43,872 bases of DNA from Candidatus Hodarchaeota archaeon. GTDB taxonomy: Archaea > Asgardarchaeota > Heimdallarchaeia > Hodarchaeales > Hodarchaeaceae. The stretch is taken from NCBI GenBank assembly GCA_016839815.1, contig JAEOTM010000102.1, positions 1 to 43,872 on the forward strand, written 5' to 3'. This document shows, piece by piece, positions 1 through 9,921 of the stretch. A program made the position numbers and the translations under genes. The notes beneath the pieces were generated by a model. It saw nothing but the letters and a program-made list of their open reading frames with translations. It was not told where the DNA came from and made no database searches. The first letter of the stretch is position 1. Every line of letters starts with the position of its first letter.

Positions 1-2
1 AG

Positions 3-293
3 GAAGGGATTATTAAACGATTTACCATTGAAATAGATCCTAAGAAGCTAGGTTTTGAATTATCCTCGTTTATTGGGTTTGATGCAGATGCTGAGTCCTA
101 TCTTCAAACTATTGAAGAGGTTAAAACCTGGACTGAGGTAAGAAGTATATTCCAGACCAGTTTGGATCATGATTTTCTTATGGAATGTTGGTTTAGAAAT
201 AATGAACATTTAACGATTTTTCTCAGAAAACTTGAAAATCTCTCAGGAATCACAAAAGTTTGTCCTGCCACAGTTATTCAGCGATTAAAATAA
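3..293 (+). CDS. Lrp/AsnC family transcriptional regulator, 5'-partial (C-terminal RAM domain)
   Basis: Own translation of frame 3: EGIIKRFTIEIDPKKLGF...DHDFLMECW...GITKVCPATVIQRLK*, the typical AsnC/Lrp linker and RAM domain. Runs off the window start. Confidence 0.9.
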   Translation, partial: EGIIKRFTIEIDPKKLGFELSSFIGFDADAESYLQTIEEVKTWTEVRSIFQTSLDHDFLMECWFRNNEHLTIFLRKLENLSGITKVCPATVIQRLK

Positions 294-464
294 ACTTTTC
301 TTACTTAATAAACATATAACGGTATTAAATTCTAGATTTTTTAAAAAATCAGCTGAATACACTCACTGAAATATGAGATACAGTATAGTCAGGAAGAATT
401 TAAAGCGAATATAATTCGGAGTGAATCTGCTGGAAGTGAATAATTCCAAATAAGAGGTTCTCAT

Positions 465-1415
465 GTGAAAAAGGGACAAAAAATTGAGCTGTCAAATGAT
501 GATAAGTTTTTACTCAATGAAAGAGCGTCACTGACACATAACTACTGGCTATCAGCTGGAATCATCCCTCAGACAATGGAAAAAGAAAGAGTTAAAGAAA
601 TATTATTAGTAAATCATCAGCGGTTTCCCTCAGAGAAGATTATCTACATACAAGAGGGAAATGAGCTTGTCGCTTGGTTATCATACAGCCGTGAGAATGA
701 AACTACAGTTGAAATTGACAGGTGGCATCCTGCTGTATTGAGATTTGAAAATAAGCAATTAATTTCTGCAATAATAGCTAAATGTGAGGAGATTGTACGA
801 TCCTCTTGTAAGCAAATCCTTGTCAGCTATTCATATGACAAGAGCGATGATCTACAATTTATTCAAAGTTATAGAGAGCAATATGCGAAAATGGGATATA
901 CTACCCTTGAAGAAAGAAATTTTATGACTTTAGAGCAACCTGAGATTCAAAATGAGGAGTTGTTACCTAAACAATATTCGTTCGAGAGTATTAATAGTAT
1001 ATCTTTGTCAGAATTAGGACTCTTAGCTCATAGAATTTTCATCGATGGAAACGATAGGCACATGCGCCTGCCTCAAGCAGAGATGGAGAAAGAAATATCT
1101 TCGAAAATAACTAAGAATTTTATGGAGGAATTTTCTGGAATCATAAGAGAGGATGAAAAATTGATTGGACTTCTTTTGGTTCAGGATAGAGGATTTGACT
1201 TTCACATAGAGGTGATTGGGATAAATAAAGATTATAGAAACGAAGGAATCGGAAGTTCCTTAATTAAACAGGTAATAAAGGGATTACCAATAGAACAAGA
1301 AAAAAGACTATCTTTGGGAGTGGATGTATTAAATGTTAAAGCAGAAAAACTTTACCAAAAATTGGGATTTAAACAACAAAGTACTATAGTTTCATTAATT
1401 AAAAAATTAAACTGA
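465..1415 (+). CDS. GNAT family N-acetyltransferase (tandem GNAT-like domains)
   Basis: C-terminal motif A IGINKDYRNEGIGSSLI and NVKAEKLYQKLGF; degenerate N-terminal GNAT half (YAKMGY). Confidence 0.85.
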   Translation: MKKGQKIELSNDDKFLLNERASLTHNYWLSAGIIPQTMEKERVKEILLVNHQRFPSEKIIYIQEGNELVAWLSYSRENETTVEIDRWHPAVLRFENKQLISAIIAKCEEIVRSSCKQILVSYSYDKSDDLQFIQSYREQYAKMGYTTLEERNFMTLEQPEIQNEELLPKQYSFESINSISLSELGLLAHRIFIDGNDRHMRLPQAEMEKEISSKITKNFMEEFSGIIREDEKLIGLLLVQDRGFDFHIEVIGINKDYRNEGIGSSLIKQVIKGLPIEQEKRLSLGVDVLNVKAEKLYQKLGFKQQSTIVSLIKKLN

Positions 1416-1522
1416 TTCAAATACGCAACCAGAGCCCCTTCTTGGGAAGTGTGAAAGTATGTCCTAGCACTACGATTTAACTGTTAAATGAAGTCTTTAA
1501 TTGTAGGAGAACAATAACAGGC

Positions 1523-2794
1523 TTATTTTGCTCCGAGACGTAGATAGAGGGGTTTATACATTAGTGATTTACTATTACTTTTATTAATTAATACTCGAAG
1601 AATTAAAATTAAACAAAAAACTAGTAATGCTGAAAAAACAAATACTACAGTTAAATTAAAGAATTCCCAGATAGGTCCTAGTACAATTGTGGATGTTGTC
1701 CTACCTAAAGAAACATATACTCCAAATACTCCCAGTGCGACTCCTCGATATTCCTTTGGTGCCCGTCGTGCAGTCTCTCCATTAGCTGCAATATACGCAG
1801 TCAAAATGGTACTATTCGTCAGAATGTAGGCAACTATCAAGAGGATAAAGTTTTCTATGAATACGTAACTAATAACTGTTACACATAGAAGAAATAATGA
1901 AACAGTCATTGCTGAAACAAAGTCAAATCTATCCGTTAACCTTCCCAAGTATGGTTTTATCCAGAAAACTAAAACAAGTGACCACAGCCAGATTGCTGAA
2001 ACATCTGGATTTGTGTACCCCTTTGAGACAATGATTAAGGGTACAAAATAACTTGTTGTAAATTCAATGAATGCTAAAATGAAATGGAAGAAATAAACCT
2101 GCCATAATTGGTTTGTTCTACTCATTTCCCTTAATGAACCAATCATTGAAAACCAAGATATTAGAAGAGCAGATGGGATGTTGTCTACATTTTTTCGGTT
2201 TTCTTTTGCTAGCGATTCTGGTAATATCAGGATCGTTACTATCCCAGAAATTGCTGATATTAATGCAATTGATCCAAAGAGTTCTGATAATGAAAAGTTT
2301 AAACTATCCAGTAAAAAAAATGCGAATATTGAGCCAATTATTGAACCAATATCACTTTGTCGAAATATTCGTCCCTGTGATTCTCCCATACGTTCTATAT
2401 CTATATCACCAAGATAACCAAATATAGCTGGCCAATAACATGACATACCCAGTCCGATAAAGGCTGTACTAAGAAACACAAGGATCCAGTCTGTTGCCAA
2501 ACTCATTAAAAACAGTGCTAACGTATAAGAAAAATGTCCCATAATTATTAATGGTTTGCGTCCAATGATTTGAGATAATTCTCCTAATGGTATTCTCAAA
2601 AAGATCTGGAGGATATTACGTAATGTCCCAATAATTGTTACAATTAAAATTACAGTTACAAGATCTTCTCGTAAAAAAATATTCACATACAATCCATATA
2701 TCAGAAGGGGTAGATTTGCGAATAAAGTTGCCAATCCTGCAGTCAGAGTCGCACGATTGTACGACACATGAGCAGGAGCAATAATTGGTTCCAT
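1523..2794 (-). CDS. MFS transporter
   Basis: About 12 hydrophobic segments; MFS motif A-like GELSQIIGRK and GRLTDRFD; PKEYRGVALG. Confidence 0.9.
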   Translation of the reverse strand: MEPIIAPAHVSYNRATLTAGLATLFANLPLLIYGLYVNIFLREDLVTVILIVTIIGTLRNILQIFLRIPLGELSQIIGRKPLIIMGHFSYTLALFLMSLATDWILVFLSTAFIGLGMSCYWPAIFGYLGDIDIERMGESQGRIFRQSDIGSIIGSIFAFFLLDSLNFSLSELFGSIALISAISGIVTILILPESLAKENRKNVDNIPSALLISWFSMIGSLREMSRTNQLWQVYFFHFILAFIEFTTSYFVPLIIVSKGYTNPDVSAIWLWSLVLVFWIKPYLGRLTDRFDFVSAMTVSLFLLCVTVISYVFIENFILLIVAYILTNSTILTAYIAANGETARRAPKEYRGVALGVFGVYVSLGRTTSTIVLGPIWEFFNLTVVFVFSALLVFCLILILRVLINKSNSKSLMYKPLYLRLGAK

Positions 2795-2863
2795 AAGATC
2801 ACCTTAGAATGGTGAAAATAATAATTAAGATTAGCTAACGCTGTTAATTCTGCTCTTAAGTTA

Positions 2864-3676
2864 TTACCTGTTACGGGAATCAAAGTTACGAATTTCTAGA
2901 GGATCAGCCTTTGATTGTAATACTTCTATTTCCTCTGCAGTTGGTGGTTCTGTGGTTGCTACATCTGCTGGTATATTCAGATCAAACCCAGTATTCTCTT
3001 GTACTTCTTCACCAGACGAAAATTCATGAATCGAGCGAACAGACATCTTACCATCCACTTGATTGAATTCTAGGATCGCGAGATCAGTAATTATACAGCT
3101 AATCCCCTGATAATTGTCTAACCCAACCGTTTTTCTCCATTCTGGAGAACTTCCACGACCAGTGATAAAATCAACCTCAGGTACAAACGTTCTAGTGTCC
3201 TGACGTGGAATATATGCAATAACCCGACTACAAGTATTTGAAATATCTCCAGCAGCTGCACCCCCGGGAAAACGAAATTTGGGATGATTAGGATCACCTA
3301 TGACACTATTATTAATATTCCCAAATTGATCTATTTGAGCTGGTCGGATAAAGCCAAAGGACAAGGTATGTTTGGGCCCTTCCCAGTACTGATAAAGCTG
3401 GGTTAAGTACGAAAAGCTTTGAGCTTTCGAAATCGATTCGGTAAATGCTTCGGTATCTGTCATTATAGTGAATAAATCAACATCAAGATCAGGATTGATC
3501 CAGTATCCTCCGTAGAAAAACTTAAGGTTTGGAGCGTGAATCATTCGTGCTAATTGAACTGCAACAACAGCAGATGGGATTGCAATTCCAGTATAACACG
3601 TTTCGTAATCCTTGATTTCTCGAGATAAAGAAACCACAATTTGGTCAACAGGTGTGTAATCTCTTGCTGTACTCAT
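2864..3676 (-). CDS. CoA-transferase family I fold, beta subunit (GctB/IpdB-like; catalytic Glu absent)
   Basis: AQIDQFGNINNS, RFPGGAAAGD, FVPEVDFITG, IITDLAIL, EVQENTGFDL motifs; 4-nt overlap with the alpha gene. Confidence 0.88.
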   Translation of the reverse strand: MSTARDYTPVDQIVVSLSREIKDYETCYTGIAIPSAVVAVQLARMIHAPNLKFFYGGYWINPDLDVDLFTIMTDTEAFTESISKAQSFSYLTQLYQYWEGPKHTLSFGFIRPAQIDQFGNINNSVIGDPNHPKFRFPGGAAAGDISNTCSRVIAYIPRQDTRTFVPEVDFITGRGSSPEWRKTVGLDNYQGISCIITDLAILEFNQVDGKMSVRSIHEFSSGEEVQENTGFDLNIPADVATTEPPTAEEIEVLQSKADPLEIRNFDSRNR

Positions 3677-4515
3677 TGAATCTCCTCCTGTTTTCCAAAA
3701 ACATACTCTTGAAGATAAGTTTCAAACGTTTCTGGCATTTGAGCCATCCCCGAATAAGTCATGATATGCCCCATGTCACTAGCATAAAACGGTGGAAATC
3801 CTGAAGGCCATGCTCCCTTTGGAGCTTCAGCGATGTAATCTGTATCTATTGAAGAAAACATTATTGATTGACCCTGTTGGATAAGTTTTCTTCCTTCTTC
3901 ATGGGTAATCATTTTTTCGACAGTAACGAAGAGTTCCTTGGCACACTGCGCTGGTAATGTTGAAAATTCATCTAATGCATGATGTTTAGGATAATAAACA
4001 TTTCCAAAGTTATCTGCAGCATAAGCGTGAACAATAGCAAGATCTGGTACAATTGCGGGCACCTGAATATAACTTTTACCTCGATAAGTTACTTCCTCAA
4101 AATCCTCCCGTAATTGTACTAAATCAGAGCCTAATAAAGACCGTAACATTATGGCTGGAGTACCTATTGCTCCAGCTTGAAAGGCTCGTACCATACTCAG
4201 CTCGCTCCACTCCTTAAAAACGACACTTTGCTGTTTTTCTATCGCATTTCGGAAGTTTTTTGCCATTCCAACCATAGGTAATCCTACATAACTTGAATGA
4301 AGCTCTTTAATTGCGTTGACGCCTGGGCCCAGGAGAAGGTCTATATCTACATCACCTATCAATGTGTATATTTTTAAGTCCTTAATTCCTTGGCGAATAA
4401 TTTCTCGTACCACTTCCATAGGTTTTAGGAAAAGAGCTGCTCCACCAAATGAAATTTTTTTGTTAGGAGTGATTACATCCCGAACTAATTCCTTTACTGA
4501 CTTTATGATCACCAT
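3673..4515 (-). CDS. CoA-transferase family I fold, alpha subunit (GctA/IpdA-like)
   Basis: ISFGG..KPM, RSLLGSDL, PDLAIVHAYAADNFGN, EAPKGAWPS motifs. Confidence 0.88.
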   Translation of the reverse strand: MVIIKSVKELVRDVITPNKKISFGGAALFLKPMEVVREIIRQGIKDLKIYTLIGDVDIDLLLGPGVNAIKELHSSYVGLPMVGMAKNFRNAIEKQQSVVFKEWSELSMVRAFQAGAIGTPAIMLRSLLGSDLVQLREDFEEVTYRGKSYIQVPAIVPDLAIVHAYAADNFGNVYYPKHHALDEFSTLPAQCAKELFVTVEKMITHEEGRKLIQQGQSIMFSSIDTDYIAEAPKGAWPSGFPPFYASDMGHIMTYSGMAQMPETFETYLQEYVFGKQEEIQ

Positions 4516-4652
4516 CGTTGCTCAGTCACCTGATTTAGGTATAGTAAATCTAATATTACATCCATATCATCGTTAATACAAACCTTTTCCCCTAAATTCT
4601 CAAACCAGAACACATCTTAAATTATCCATATTGGCATATCAATGCACTTTGG

Positions 4653-5429
4653 GTGTTTTTAATGGACTTAAAATTACTTTCATGGAATGTTAATGGTATT
4701 AGAGCCTGTATAAATAAGGGTAACTTCCTGAAAACTGTTAAACAAAGAGCCCCTGATATTTTGTGCATTCAAGAAACAAAAGCGCAACCAAACCAACTTT
4801 CGTTGTCAATTGATCTTCCAGAATATGAATCCTTTTGGAATTCTGCAGAGAAAAAGGGGTATAGTGGCGTTTTAACACTCACAAAACATTCACCTATCAC
4901 AACTGTGACCAAAACAGGTAAAACTATCCTTGACACTGAAGGACGTTTCCTTCAACTAGAGTTTGAGGAATTCTTTCTGATTAATTTATATTTTCCAAAC
5001 GCCCAACGAGAACTAAAACGTTTGGATTATAAGCAAGAATTTAACCAAACACTCCTACATTATACAGAGAAGTTAAGAAAGAAAAAACCTGTTGTGCTAT
5101 GTGGAGATTTCAATGTTGCGCATAAAGAAATTGACTTAAAGAACCCGAAAACGAACAAGAAGAATGCTGGTTTCTCTCCTACTGAACGAGCCTTCTTTAC
5201 TGAACTTTTAGATCATGGTTATATTGATACTTTTAGAATGTTTAATCAAGAACCGGACCAATACTCATGGTGGACGTACCGTTCAAATGCAAGGGAAAGA
5301 AACATTGGATGGCGAATTGATTATTGGATAGTAACAGAAGATCTTAAAGCAAACGTTAAAGATGCTTGTATTTTACCTGAAGTCTATGGATCCGATCACG
5401 CTCCCGTTGGTCTTAAGCTTTCGTTTTAA
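4653..5429 (+). CDS. xth: Exodeoxyribonuclease III / AP endonuclease (likely start ATG 4662)
   Basis: SWNVNGIRA, QETK, GYSGV, GDFNVAH, GWRIDY, GSDHAPV catalytic motifs. Confidence 0.96.
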   Translation: MFLMDLKLLSWNVNGIRACINKGNFLKTVKQRAPDILCIQETKAQPNQLSLSIDLPEYESFWNSAEKKGYSGVLTLTKHSPITTVTKTGKTILDTEGRFLQLEFEEFFLINLYFPNAQRELKRLDYKQEFNQTLLHYTEKLRKKKPVVLCGDFNVAHKEIDLKNPKTNKKNAGFSPTERAFFTELLDHGYIDTFRMFNQEPDQYSWWTYRSNARERNIGWRIDYWIVTEDLKANVKDACILPEVYGSDHAPVGLKLSF

Positions 5430-5502
5430 TTATGTCCGTACCGTAAAATTCTTATGAGGACTCATTTAGTCGTAAGATAAACTTCGGTGTTGTTCAAGAA
5501 TC

Positions 5503-7020
5503 TTGACGGAAAATTATTCTGATTCCTTAGTTCATGCCAAGGGCCTTATGCTAAATGGAAAATTCAAGCAAGCCCTAGATTTATTGCAAAAAGCACAATC
5601 AAATAATTCTCTGGATCAAGAAACCCAATTTCCATACGATCTTTTAACTAGTACCTTGCACATTAGACAAGGGAAGTATCAATACGCAGTTGAAGAAATT
5701 GATAAACTCCTAGAAGGTTATGGTAAAAATCTCCCTAGAATTGATCTTCTGTTATGCAAAATTGAAGCCTTATACCGGGGTGGAAAATTAACTGATTCTC
5801 TCTCCTTGATTGAAAAAACTGAAAAATTATTACGCACCGTAGAGGCAAAAGAAACAGAAAAAGTGGAGAGAATCGCTGGTTTGTTATACCGATCTGCAGT
5901 TATACATCGGAGTAGTGGAGATTTGGATCAGGCTATATATTTTGCTGCACAGAGCCTTATTCTTCAGGAAACAAACGAGTTACATCAAGATAGTGCCTAT
6001 ACGCACAATATTCTAGGTATAATTTATTTTCAAAAGGGTAACTATACTAAATCTCTTAATCATTACCTAAAGAGTCTTGATATTAACAAAAACTTTGGTG
6101 ATCGACAGTATATCGCAAAAAACCTGAATAATATTGGAGAAATTTATCGTTTCAAAGGGGATTTGAACAATGCTCTTCAATACTATCAGTCCAGCTTCGA
6201 GCAATTCCAGCATTTAGGAAATAAACAAGACCTTGCTCATTCATACCATAATCATGGGTTAATCTTTCAGGCAAAGGGAAATTACCTCTTAGCTAAGGAA
6301 AATTTAGAAAAAGCGCTGGCTTTAATTAATGAAGCTGTAGACAATGACATTGATAGAGCAGACACTATTTTTAATTTGATTTCTGTCTCACTTGACCTTT
6401 CCCTGCTAGATGAAGCTCAAAACCATTTAAAAGTTCTAGAACAGTTGGTTGAACATAATAAAATCAATAGAGTCATCGCCCATAGAGCAGCAATAGCCAA
6501 GGCTTTAATTCTTAAGAAAACTAAAAAGCCAGAAAATCTCTTACATTCAAAAGAGATACTGACCGAAATAGTTGAAGAGGACACGTCGTATCATGAATTA
6601 ACGATAACTGCTTTGATTCACTTATGTGATATTCTTTCCCTTGAAATTACTAAAAACGAGGATTATGAAACACTTTCACGCATTGATAAGTATATCACTC
6701 GGTTACAGACTATTGCTGTTGAGTATCACTCACATTTATTACTAGTTGAAATCTATATTCTTCAATCCAGATTTGCTATTATTAAAGGGAAACTTCAACG
6801 ATCATTGAACTTATTAGAAAAAGCAAACTCAATTGCAAAATTAAATAGCTTAGATTCACTGAGTCATAAGCTAGAAGAAGAAATTTATAACTTTGAAGAG
6901 GAGAAAGAAAAATGGGTTGCTCTTATTCAACGTAATGCCCCTCTTGAAGAACGAATTGAGTATGCACGAATTGTTGAATATGTTAATGGGGCCAAGAAGA
7001 TTATCGCTTTATTTGATTAG
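5503..7020 (+). CDS. Tetratricopeptide repeat protein (TPR_12/MalT-like, Asgard-type)
   Basis: Repeats such as HNILGIIYFQKGNYTKSLNHY, LNNIGEIYRFKGDLNNALQYY and YHNHGLIFQAKGNY. Confidence 0.9.
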   Translation: MTENYSDSLVHAKGLMLNGKFKQALDLLQKAQSNNSLDQETQFPYDLLTSTLHIRQGKYQYAVEEIDKLLEGYGKNLPRIDLLLCKIEALYRGGKLTDSLSLIEKTEKLLRTVEAKETEKVERIAGLLYRSAVIHRSSGDLDQAIYFAAQSLILQETNELHQDSAYTHNILGIIYFQKGNYTKSLNHYLKSLDINKNFGDRQYIAKNLNNIGEIYRFKGDLNNALQYYQSSFEQFQHLGNKQDLAHSYHNHGLIFQAKGNYLLAKENLEKALALINEAVDNDIDRADTIFNLISVSLDLSLLDEAQNHLKVLEQLVEHNKINRVIAHRAAIAKALILKKTKKPENLLHSKEILTEIVEEDTSYHELTITALIHLCDILSLEITKNEDYETLSRIDKYITRLQTIAVEYHSHLLLVEIYILQSRFAIIKGKLQRSLNLLEKANSIAKLNSLDSLSHKLEEEIYNFEEEKEKWVALIQRNAPLEERIEYARIVEYVNGAKKIIALFD

Positions 7021-7877
7021 ATTTTTATTTCCCAAAACGACGGATCTTGAATAGAAGGAGGGCATTTATCCCTAGCTTGTGAATAAAATTCCTTTCTTGA
7101 ATATTCAAGAGCGTGAAAGGTTACGGTACTAGTATCTATATCAAGAATCATGAATGAAGCAGCAGGATTTCCATCACGTGGTTGGCCTATTGCACCAGGA
7201 TTTAATATAATTTGGTCCCGAGGAAATTTGAACACCTTTGGGTAGCTTACTGAAGCGTTACTATAACGCTCACCTATATGTGACCACCCTTGAACTCTAT
7301 CCCGATTGATATAAAACCGTTGATGTGTATGTCCAACTATGATTATATCTACATCTTTTGTTCCTGAAAATTGGTGGGCACGGTCAATTGTTTGGCGTAA
7401 GGGTTGAATTGGCGGGGCAGGTAGATATCTAACTATGTTATCTCTCTCTTTTTTAGAAGGTGTCCCATGAGTGAGATGGAATGTCTTTTTTCCTAATCCG
7501 AATTCCTGGAAAAATGGTAATTCTTCCAAAAAGTGATACTGAGATTCTGAAATTCCCTTTGCATTTTGACTGAACATCGATTTAGCTGCAGGTCGTACTT
7601 CTTCCATTGAAAAGAGTTTCAAATCATCCTTACATGATTCTTGTTCGAATTGTTGGCAGTATTCATATCTTACTCCAACATCGTGATTTCCAAGGCAGTT
7701 ATAAGTAGGTAACGAGTAATCCATGATAGCTTCTAGACATTCTTTTGGTTGAAATCCGTAGCCAACAAAATCACCTGCACAAATTAAAGCATCTATTTTA
7801 TCCCTTAAGTATTCTAGTACGATTTCCAGAGCAAAGAAATTGGAATGAATATCTGAAATAATGCCAACAGAAACCAT
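7017..7877 (-). CDS. Calcineurin-like metallophosphoesterase
   Basis: DIHSN, GDFVG, GNHD, THG, GHTH and NPGAIGQPRDG motifs. Confidence 0.92.
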   Translation of the reverse strand: MVSVGIISDIHSNFFALEIVLEYLRDKIDALICAGDFVGYGFQPKECLEAIMDYSLPTYNCLGNHDVGVRYEYCQQFEQESCKDDLKLFSMEEVRPAAKSMFSQNAKGISESQYHFLEELPFFQEFGLGKKTFHLTHGTPSKKERDNIVRYLPAPPIQPLRQTIDRAHQFSGTKDVDIIIVGHTHQRFYINRDRVQGWSHIGERYSNASVSYPKVFKFPRDQIILNPGAIGQPRDGNPAASFMILDIDTSTVTFHALEYSRKEFYSQARDKCPPSIQDPSFWEIKI

Positions 7878-7966
7878 ATACTTACCCTATTAGTCAGTGA
7901 TTTCGGATAATAAATATGAATAATCTTTAAATAACCATTGGTTCTGAAAAATACTGAGAGATCACT

Positions 7967-8542
7967 ATGAATTTAGAATACCTTATGATTTATCAAGCTT
8001 CTGGTCTTCCTATCTTTAGTAAATGCTTTAAAGGATTCTGTGCTCTCAATGTACAGGATCCAATGATGTTAAGTGGATTTTTAACCGCCTTACAGTCATT
8101 TAGTACTCAAATCACTGATAATGGAAGTGGAGGTCATTCATCATTGGAAGCTGTCAAAATCGGCCCTACAGTCATGCGATTTAGTAAAGTTCTCCCTTCA
8201 GGTCATAATATTGTAATTGGTCTTTCTGAGGATTCACCTTCTATGGCGAAAGAAATTTTTGATGGGATTGAATCTTTTATTAGAGAAGATTATGCGGATA
8301 CAAATTGGACAATTATAGATACGCTTTTTGGAGAAAAATTTGGTGAATTATTAATTAGAAATGTCTTAGCTCCATTATTTCATAATAAAGGTGGGTGGGA
8401 AGATACTTGCCCATTAGGAGATGCATGTGCAATGAAAGCACTCCCTGTTGAACCAAAAGAAGAAAAAATCTCACTATGGAATGCAATTAAAAGAAAGTAC
8501 CGAAGAATCTGGAAAAAGAAAGGTTTGAGTCATAGCATATAG
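7967..8542 (+). CDS. Longin/roadblock-like domain protein with Cys pairs and basic C-terminal helix
   Basis: YLMIYQASGLPIFSK and DPMMLSGFLTALQSFS resemble the longin beta1-beta2-alpha1 pattern seen in Asgard proteins. Confidence 0.65.
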   Translation: MNLEYLMIYQASGLPIFSKCFKGFCALNVQDPMMLSGFLTALQSFSTQITDNGSGGHSSLEAVKIGPTVMRFSKVLPSGHNIVIGLSEDSPSMAKEIFDGIESFIREDYADTNWTIIDTLFGEKFGELLIRNVLAPLFHNKGGWEDTCPLGDACAMKALPVEPKEEKISLWNAIKRKYRRIWKKKGLSHSI

Positions 8543-8650
8543 GTTTTTGTATTGATAAATCAGGTGCTTTATCATCGTAACCTCTCCCCTACTCATTCGT
8601 ATCGCGAGAACTTCGAATTCTGATAAAGAAAAATTAAGATTGACAGAATT

Positions 8651-9856
8651 TTGTCTTTTGTTATGGTTATACGCAACCTAACAGCCGACAACGATTTAGA
8701 AAGTTATAAAGATATGTTTGATATTTCTCTTGGTACAAATTATACTGGATTATTGTTCCCCAGTGAGAAATTTCCGATACCTACTGAAAATATTTTTGGA
8801 AAGTTTGTGGGAGGAAAACTCGTATCAGCATTATTTCTTGTAGATTATGATATTAAGCTACGTGGTAATAAATTTAGAATGGCGGGAGTAGAAGGGGTTA
8901 CTACTCTTCCTGGTTTTCGAGGAAAAGGATTTTCAAAAGAGATATTTACACACATATTCAAAGTGATGAATGAACGACAACAATATCTTTCTGTTCTTTT
9001 TCCGACTTCTCATTATCTTTATGAACGTAGAGGGTATGGAATTGCTGATGAACAAGTCTTCTACCAATTTGACCTAAGTAATATTAGAAAGAAAACCTTT
9101 CCTCAACATTCCTTCATTCCAGTCAAGAATTTTACTACTGGAATTAAACAATTTTACAATGAATGCACAAGAAAATTTGATTTTATAGCTTTACGTGATG
9201 AATTCAGTTGGAAGCTGAAAGCTGAGCAGGCTGATTTTTATTTTGAAAGTAAAGATGTGAATGAAGATACAGTAGGGTACTGTTTACTGAAATTCCTCAA
9301 GGCCCATTACTTATTTAAAGACCCCTCTAATACTATTCATATCGTTGAAGCATTCTGGAAAGATCGAACAACAAAACATGCCCTCTTTCAAGATTTTCTT
9401 CCTTCCTTTAGTGATCAAAGGAAGTATGGGTCTGTCGTTCTTCCTTTGGATGAAAACTTTATCGCAATGGTGTATAATCCAATTTTACCAACAAGAACAA
9501 TAAAAGTCTCCTCTAGAATTCGAGTAATCAACGTGAAAAAGGTTTTGAAACAATTATCCTATTCAGTCTCCTCTTTTAGTATTTCAATAAAAGTTTCAGA
9601 TCCATATTGTGATTGGAATAATAAAACATTCAACTTATATAAAAATGAAACCCAAATAAATGTAGAAGAAACTGAACATATTGATGGACAAGTTGATCTA
9701 GTAATTGACATTGTCGCTTTTGCAGAACTCATTGTTGGAAGTAAATCTATTCAGGATCTCTCCGAATTTCCTGGTTGCTTAGTAAATTCTGGTTCATTAG
9801 AATTATTGCAAGAATTATTCCCTAAACAAAAGAACTACTTTAGAGACTTTTTCTAA
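8651..9856 (+). CDS. Eis-like GNAT acetyltransferase with C-terminal SCP2-like domain
   Basis: GVTTLPGFRGKG, LFP...YERRGY; C-terminal DPYCDWNN and DLVIDIVAFAELIVG; ends YFRDFF as Eis-family proteins do. Confidence 0.88.
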   Translation: MSFVMVIRNLTADNDLESYKDMFDISLGTNYTGLLFPSEKFPIPTENIFGKFVGGKLVSALFLVDYDIKLRGNKFRMAGVEGVTTLPGFRGKGFSKEIFTHIFKVMNERQQYLSVLFPTSHYLYERRGYGIADEQVFYQFDLSNIRKKTFPQHSFIPVKNFTTGIKQFYNECTRKFDFIALRDEFSWKLKAEQADFYFESKDVNEDTVGYCLLKFLKAHYLFKDPSNTIHIVEAFWKDRTTKHALFQDFLPSFSDQRKYGSVVLPLDENFIAMVYNPILPTRTIKVSSRIRVINVKKVLKQLSYSVSSFSISIKVSDPYCDWNNKTFNLYKNETQINVEETEHIDGQVDLVIDIVAFAELIVGSKSIQDLSEFPGCLVNSGSLELLQELFPKQKNYFRDFF

Positions 9857-9921
9857 TGTATTTGTCAAGTAAAATAGGAGAAAAGAAGGAAAGAAAGGCA
9901 TTACTGAATTTTTAATCCAGC

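Noticed and set aside
1475-1489. Perfect palindrome ATTTAAC-T-GTTAAAT between convergent genes
   Set aside because: Single AT-rich copy, not at a promoter; could be chance
8553-8574. TGATAAA-N8-TTTATCA inverted repeat upstream of the Eis-like gene
   Set aside because: 7-bp AT-rich arms with no second instance at another promoter; insufficient support
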